Positions 58,633-64,000 of a stretch of DNA of 64,000 nucleotides are shown here, piece by piece (position 1 is the first letter of the stretch; every line of letters starts with the position of its first letter). Below the pieces are notes generated by a model that saw nothing but the letters and a program-made list of their open reading frames with translations, did no database searches and was not told where the DNA came from. A program made the position numbers and the translations under genes. Source of the DNA: Alphaproteobacteria bacterium (GTDB lineage Bacteria; Pseudomonadota; Alphaproteobacteria; UBA828); NCBI GenBank assembly GCA_965220745.1, contig CBDCQT010000012.1:704001-768000 (forward strand), in the 5' to 3' direction.

Positions 58633-60055
58633 TCCACTCGGGCCGGCGGCCGATCCAGGGCCGCGCCTCTTCGAGCTGGGCGGCGAGACGGAAGAGCGTG
58701 GCCTCGTCGCCGTGGCGGGCGACCGCCTGCACCGCGACCGGGAAGCCGCTCTCGGTCGTGCCCAGCGGGATCATCATCGCCGGCTGCCCGGTGAGGTTGA
58801 ACCACACCGTGAACGGGCTGAAGCTGAACACCCGGCGCCAATACTCCTCCAGATCGTCCATCATCATGTCGAGCCAGCCGAGCTTGGGCGGCAGCGTGCC
58901 GAGGCCGGGGGTGAGCAAGATGTCCCAGTCCGCGTGGAACGCCGCCATCTGGCGGCCGAAGCGGTGCGCCGTGTGAACTGCCGCCATGTAGCTGGCACCA
59001 TCGATCGTCTCGGCAAGCTTGGCCGTGTCGGCGACCGTGGTCTCCAGCTCGCCAGGCGCAGGTGTCCGGCCCGAGGGGTGTGCGCGCAGCAGGTAGAGTA
59101 TCTGGATCGCGCTGATCGTGCGGAAGGTCGGTATCACGTCGGCCCGGTCGATTGTGGGATCGGCTTTCTCGACACGGTGGCCGAGGTCTGCGCAAAGCGA
59201 CGCGGTCTCCTGCAGGACGCGCAGCGAATCGGCTGCTACCGGCGCGCCGTTGGGCGCCTGGCTGGTGAATGCGATGCGGAGCGTGCCGGGATCGGCGCTG
59301 ACCTCTTCGAGGAACGGGCGGGCCGGCTGCGGCGCGATGTAGGGGTCGCCGGGGACCGGGCCCGACGTGGCATCGAGGAGCGCCGCGCTGTCGCGCACCG
59401 TGAGCGATACCGCGTGCTCGATGGCGAGGCCGCCGAGGGACTCGCCGAAGTAGGGCGCCATGGTGTTGCGCGCTCGCGTGGGCCGCAGGCCCACCAGACC
59501 GCAGGAGGCCGCAGGCGCGCGGATCGAGCCGAAGCCGTCCGACGCATGAGCGATGGGCAGCAGGCGGGCAGCCACGGCCGCCGCAGCACCGCCGCTGGAG
59601 CCTGCCGGAGTCCGCTCCAGGTCCCAGGGATTGCGCGAGGGGCCGTAGAGCTGCGGCTCGCAGGTGAGGCTGAGGCCGAGCTCGCAGGTGCTGGTCTTGC
59701 CGTAGATCATCATGCCGGCACGCTTGAGGCGGGTGACATGGACGCTGTCCTCGGTGGCGGGCGGCAGGTCGGCAAAGAAGCGGCTGCCGCGTGCGGTCCT
59801 CGCGCCGGCGAGCGACGAGCCCAGGTCCTTGAGCAGGAACGGCACGCCCTTGAGGGGTCCATCCGGCAGGCCCGCCTCGATGGCCTGCGTTGCGTGGTCG
59901 TACAGCTCCATCACGACCGCGTTGATGGTCGGGTTGCGCGATTCCACGCGCGAGATCGCTGCCTCCAGTACCTCTGTCGCGCTGACTTCGCCGGCCTTCA
60001 CCAGCGCCGCGAGACCGAGCGCGTCGTATGACTCGTATTCCGCGAACCCGCCCAT
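58622..60055 (-). CDS. Amidase-signature family hydrolase (NylA-like)
   Basis: [20 protein letters not shown] and [11 protein letters not shown] carry the Lys-Ser-Ser triad. Confidence 0.88.
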   Translation of the reverse strand: MGGFAEYESYDALGLAALVKAGEVSATEVLEAAISRVESRNPTINAVVMELYDHATQAIEAGLPDGPLKGVPFLLKDLGSSLAGARTARGSRFFADLPPATEDSVHVTRLKRAGMMIYGKTSTCELGLSLTCEPQLYGPSRNPWDLERTPAGSSGGAAAAVAARLLPIAHASDGFGSIRAPAASCGLVGLRPTRARNTMAPYFGESLGGLAIEHAVSLTVRDSAALLDATSGPVPGDPYIAPQPARPFLEEVSADPGTLRIAFTSQAPNGAPVAADSLRVLQETASLCADLGHRVEKADPTIDRADVIPTFRTISAIQILYLLRAHPSGRTPAPGELETTVADTAKLAETIDGASYMAAVHTAHRFGRQMAAFHADWDILLTPGLGTLPPKLGWLDMMMDDLEEYWRRVFSFSPFTVWFNLTGQPAMMIPLGTTESGFPVAVQAVARHGDEATLFRLAAQLEEARPWIGRRPEWTTS

Positions 60056-60482
60056 CGTTCGTCTCCCGCTGCTCCCGTCGACTCGACGGAGCACCATAGC
60101 GCGCCGCGGCCTCGAGTGCCGAGCCTCGCCTCGGCATTTTCGCCACGGTAGCGGCCAGATTGGCACCCCACACGTCGCGCGCTTGACAGCCGGCAATGCG
60201 GAGTGCGAGCGTTGCAACGGCAAAAATATGCCGTCCCGATTGGCTGACAGGGAGTCACGACGGAGGCAGGGGACACTGAGGGCTGTCGGACCCAGCAAAG
60301 TGCCGATCGGCAGCCAACCCGTTGCCGGACTTTAGAGCAACGGTTTCAACCTCCTCACAATTCACGTGACTTGCTGTCGAATACGAAGGAAGCGGGACGG
60401 ATAGCAATGTCCGACGCCGCGGGTTGTGTGCGTGGCGCGGTCGGATCGGCGGAGACCTAGTCAGACGCACCCGGAATGAGCG

Positions 60483-61667
60483 ATGGCACAAGAAACGATA
60501 GAGCCCCAAGGTAGATCCGGCCGCCCGAAGTGGACGGGCTACGCGCAGCTGGTCCTGATATTGGCCGCCATCGGAGTCGCCCTCTACTTCGCACAGGCGC
60601 CGAGCCGTGTGGAGCGCGACCCGATCTCCGACATGGCGCTCGACCAGACGAAACCCACCGTTTCGGTGATTCAGCCGGCGCCAACCGAACAGGCGCTGAG
60701 GGTCGATCTGACAGGGGGGGTCACCCTGCACGGAAACGTGAAAGTCACCTCCGAAGTCGGCGGCCGTGTGGTCTGGGTCTCGCCCAGTTTCAGAAACGGC
60801 GGGTCGATTGCCGCGAACGAGGCCATCATCAGGGTCGATCCGGCCGAGTACGAGCTTGAGCTCGAAGTTGCCACCGCGAAGGTCGCAAAGGCAGAGGCCC
60901 GGGTTCAGATCGAAAAGGCCAAGGCGGAGGAAGCCGCGGCCGCCTTCGCGCGCGAGAACCCCGGAGCCGACACTCCCGAGCGGGTGCACCGCGCGCCGCA
61001 CATAGCGAAGGCGGAAGCCGGGCTCATGAAGGCGCAGGCCAAGATGAAGCTGGCGCAACTCCGGCTCGACCGAACCGAGATCTCCCTTCCATTCGACGTC
61101 CGGGTCGCAGCGGCGGATATCGACGTCGGCCAGTTCGTCGGCCCCGCCGAACTGGTCGGCCGCGCCTCGTCATTGGGCTCCGTCTACCGAACCGACGCGC
61201 TCCAGGTCAGAGCGCCCATCGAACAAGACAGCCTCGCCTATCTCGCGCCGGCCATCGGTCGCTCCGCCACAATTCGGACTGCGTCAGGAACATACGACGC
61301 TGTGGTGGAGCGCACGTCTGCGATCATCGGTCCCAAGTCTCGTCTCGCGAGGGTCTTCCTGAAATTCGCAGCGGCTCACCCGGCGGAAACGCTGCCGCTC
61401 CCTGGTTCGTTCGTGGAGGTTTCGATCGCGGGGCCCGTGCACGACAACGTGCTCGTCCTGCCGGAATCGGCCATGCAGGATCGGGGCAGCGTCTGGATCG
61501 TCGAAGGCGGCGCGCTGAAGGCCGTCATGCCGCGCACACTGGGACACGCCGACGGCGGCGTGGTGGTGGAGGCGTTCGACGTGGGCGACGGCATCGTCGT
61601 CGGCTCCTTGCCGGGAGCGCGAGAGGGATCGGCCGTCGAGGTCAGCGCCGCGCAGGCGTCGGAATAG
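60483..61667 (+). CDS. RND efflux periplasmic adaptor (membrane fusion protein)
   Basis: N-terminal TM helix, SEVGGRVVWV, coiled-coil hairpin, TEISLPFD, LPGSFVEV. Confidence 0.85.
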   Translation: MAQETIEPQGRSGRPKWTGYAQLVLILAAIGVALYFAQAPSRVERDPISDMALDQTKPTVSVIQPAPTEQALRVDLTGGVTLHGNVKVTSEVGGRVVWVSPSFRNGGSIAANEAIIRVDPAEYELELEVATAKVAKAEARVQIEKAKAEEAAAAFARENPGADTPERVHRAPHIAKAEAGLMKAQAKMKLAQLRLDRTEISLPFDVRVAAADIDVGQFVGPAELVGRASSLGSVYRTDALQVRAPIEQDSLAYLAPAIGRSATIRTASGTYDAVVERTSAIIGPKSRLARVFLKFAAAHPAETLPLPGSFVEVSIAGPVHDNVLVLPESAMQDRGSVWIVEGGALKAVMPRTLGHADGGVVVEAFDVGDGIVVGSLPGAREGSAVEVSAAQASE

Positions 61668-61679
61668 CGGAGCCGGGCC

Positions 61680-64000
61680 ATGAGCATGACCGACGCCGGC
61701 AGCACCAACGCCGGGCCCGCGGCGCAGCCGAGCCCGACTGGCCTCAAGTCGGGACTGATCGCCTACTTCGCCGGCAATCCGGTTGCCGCTAACCTGCTGA
61801 TGATTCTTCTGATCGTTGGTGGCGTGCTTTCGGGCCTCCAACTCATCGTCCAGTACTACCCGGATATCGAAGCGCGGCGGGCCGTCGTTTCAGTGCTGTA
61901 TCCGGGTGCCTCGCCCCAGGAGGTCGAGGAGGACATCAACCGCCGCATCGAGGAGGCCGTCGTCGGGCTGCCGGGCGTCGAGCGCGTGGTGTCGACCGCA
62001 AGCCAGGGCATCGGCAAGGTCATGGTGGAGATGGCGACCTTCGCGGATGCCGACGCCGTCTTCAACGATATTCAGAGTGCGATCGACAGCATCGAGAACT
62101 TTCCGCCAGTCAGGGCGGAACAGCCGGACGTCAAGCTTCTCAAGGTCGCTCACGAAGTCATGACGCTGGCGGTCGTGTCCTCCAGTCTGTCCGAGGACGG
62201 ACTGCGCCTCGCGGCGGAAGACCTGCGCGACAGGGTGTTGGCGCTGCCGTCCGTCTCTCAGGTGGGGCTGAAAGGAACCCGCGACCGCGAGATCACGATC
62301 GAGCTCAGCGAGGAGGAGCTGCGCCGCCACAGCCTTTCCATTGGCGAAGTGTCCAGAAAGGTGAGACAGGCGTCTCTCAACCTCACCATGGGCGAGATAC
62401 GCACGGACACGGGCAGCGTGATCCTGCAAACCGTCGCCAAGAGGAGCGTCGGCCAGGATTTCGAGGACATTCCGCTCATCACGCAGAACGACGGCACGAT
62501 CGTGACGCTCGGCGATGTCGCCACGATTCGCGATGGGTTCGTCGACCAGGAGGTGGTCACCGAGGTGAACGGCCATCCAGCGGTGCTCGTTCGCGTGGAT
62601 GCGACCGAGCAGCAGTCCGTCGTCGAGATGGCCGAAGATATCAGGAATCTGCTCGCGGTCTACAACCCGCCCGAAGGCGTGAGCGTCAGCATCTGGAACG
62701 ACAATGCCACTCCCATATTCGACCGGCTGCTGGAGATCGTGAAGAACGGAGCGATCGGTGCGATCCTGGTGTTCATCAGCCTCGTTCTCGTTTTCGAGCT
62801 CCGTATCGCACTGTGGATGACCGTCGGAATTCCCCTGTCCTTCGTGGGCTCGCTGCTCTTCTTCGATGCTGCAAACCTCACCCTAAATCTCGGCACGATT
62901 TTCGGCTTCTTCCTCCTGGTGGGCATCGTCGTGGACGATTCCGTCGTGGTGGGAGAAAGCATCGCCGCGGAACGCGAGAAGGGGAAGAACGCGCGGGACG
63001 CGGCGATTTCCGGCGCGCGGGCCATGGTAGGTCCGCTCACCATCGGCGCCATCACGACGATTCTGGCCTTCCTGCCGTTCCTCTTCATCACCTCGCCCGC
63101 ATTCCAGATCGTGAACGTGTTCCCCTATGTCGCGATCTTCGTTCTGCTCGTCTCCCTCGTTGCGGCGTTCTTAATCCTCCCGGCGCATCTCTCCCACGGG
63201 AGACGCTGGAGCCTCTCACCGCTGAGCGACGTGCAGAGCCAGGTCGGCGGATGGCTGGACGAGGTGCGCGATAGGGTCGTGGCGCCTGCGGCCTCATGGG
63301 CCGTGCGCAACGTCTGGCTGTCGATCGTTGGCGCACTCCTCGTTCTGGTCGCTGCTGTTCTGCTCCTTGGCTCCGATACCGTTCGGATCGTCCTTTTCGA
63401 CCAAAACCTGAGCAGCACCGACAACGTGCAGGCGGACATCTATCTGCCGGTGGGCGCGCCGTTCGAGGAGACGCTGGCCACAGCCGATCGCTTCGTCGAG
63501 GCGGCGCACAGCCTCAACGACCGGCTGGAGGGCACCCCCGTCGACGCGGTGAGCATGATCGTCGGCAACATCGAGACGGCGCGGAAAATCAGAGAACAGT
63601 TGAACAACAGCCATCTCGCCTCCGTGCGTCTGCATCTCAGCGACCAGGCCGACCGCAGCGCGAGCCCGGCCCAAATCGAGCGCGCGTGGCGCGAGGCCAT
63701 CGGTTCCGTGACGAACCTGGAGAAGGCCGAATTCCGCTCCCGGCGCGTCGAAGTCAGGCCGAGTGTTTCCTATTCGCTCAAGCACGACGACACGGAGACG
63801 TTGAGAAGCGCTGCCGCCGAGTTGAGGGCGGGGATGGCGACCGTGCCGGGCATCTACGGCATCCATGATGATCTGGCGCCGGGCAAGCGCCACTTCGAGA
63901 TCGAGCTGACCCCCGCTGGAAAGGCCGCAGGGCTGACGCCGGCACTGATCGGGAAGCAGCTTCGCTCCAGCTTCCACGGCGCGGACGTCCAGCGCATCCA
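61680..64000 (+). CDS. AcrB/AcrD/AcrF-family RND permease (runs off the window end)
   Basis: YFAGNPVAANLLM, YPGASPQEVEE, GIPLSFVG, VGIVVDDSVVVGE, LILPAHL. Absent from the ORF track because it is truncated. Confidence 0.88.
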   Translation, partial: MSMTDAGSTNAGPAAQPSPTGLKSGLIAYFAGNPVAANLLMILLIVGGVLSGLQLIVQYYPDIEARRAVVSVLYPGASPQEVEEDINRRIEEAVVGLPGVERVVSTASQGIGKVMVEMATFADADAVFNDIQSAIDSIENFPPVRAEQPDVKLLKVAHEVMTLAVVSSSLSEDGLRLAAEDLRDRVLALPSVSQVGLKGTRDREITIELSEEELRRHSLSIGEVSRKVRQASLNLTMGEIRTDTGSVILQTVAKRSVGQDFEDIPLITQNDGTIVTLGDVATIRDGFVDQEVVTEVNGHPAVLVRVDATEQQSVVEMAEDIRNLLAVYNPPEGVSVSIWNDNATPIFDRLLEIVKNGAIGAILVFISLVLVFELRIALWMTVGIPLSFVGSLLFFDAANLTLNLGTIFGFFLLVGIVVDDSVVVGESIAAEREKGKNARDAAISGARAMVGPLTIGAITTILAFLPFLFITSPAFQIVNVFPYVAIFVLLVSLVAAFLILPAHLSHGRRWSLSPLSDVQSQVGGWLDEVRDRVVAPAASWAVRNVWLSIVGALLVLVAAVLLLGSDTVRIVLFDQNLSSTDNVQADIYLPVGAPFEETLATADRFVEAAHSLNDRLEGTPVDAVSMIVGNIETARKIREQLNNSHLASVRLHLSDQADRSASPAQIERAWREAIGSVTNLEKAEFRSRRVEVRPSVSYSLKHDDTETLRSAAAELRAGMATVPGIYGIHDDLAPGKRHFEIELTPAGKAAGLTPALIGKQLRSSFHGADVQRI

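Overview
High-GC bacterial DNA, most likely a marine alphaproteobacterium (inferred from the hopanoid genes, TMAO uptake/demethylation genes and gene styles). In order: the start of a polar amino-acid ABC transporter preceded by two tandem, non-canonical hydantoinase paralogues; a urtABCDE-type transporter plus aliphatic amidase amiE; a 149-bp IS5-type MITE; pxpBCA; a toxin-antitoxin (TA) and accessory hotspot (intact phd-vapC, orphan phd with a 7-codon vapC stub, cutA, solo Mu gp27-like DUF3486 gene, Panacea antitoxin whose 2-TM partner gene is split by an IS1380); ispH-hpnH and dxs-shc-hpnG; pyridoxamine-pyruvate transaminase; a divergent catabolic locus (pxpA2, amino-lactam racemase homologue, LLM oxidoreductase opposite atypical gcvPA/gcvPB and an ATP-NAD kinase-like gene); a sugar-acid module with an ApnL-like lactonase; acyl-CoA genes; an AlbA_2/Schlafen protein with an unusual C-terminus; HNH-gloB; torTSR-tmoXWV-tdm; an amidase; and an RND pump running off the end. 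Best candidates for undescribed biology: the racemase/PxpA/GcvP-like/kinase pathway, the DUF3486-associated dispersed repeat unit whose tail brackets the Panacea cassette, the reconstructed 2-TM Panacea partner, and the gate-loop-diverged hydantoinase pair. All homology calls come from motif recognition by eye; no searches were run.
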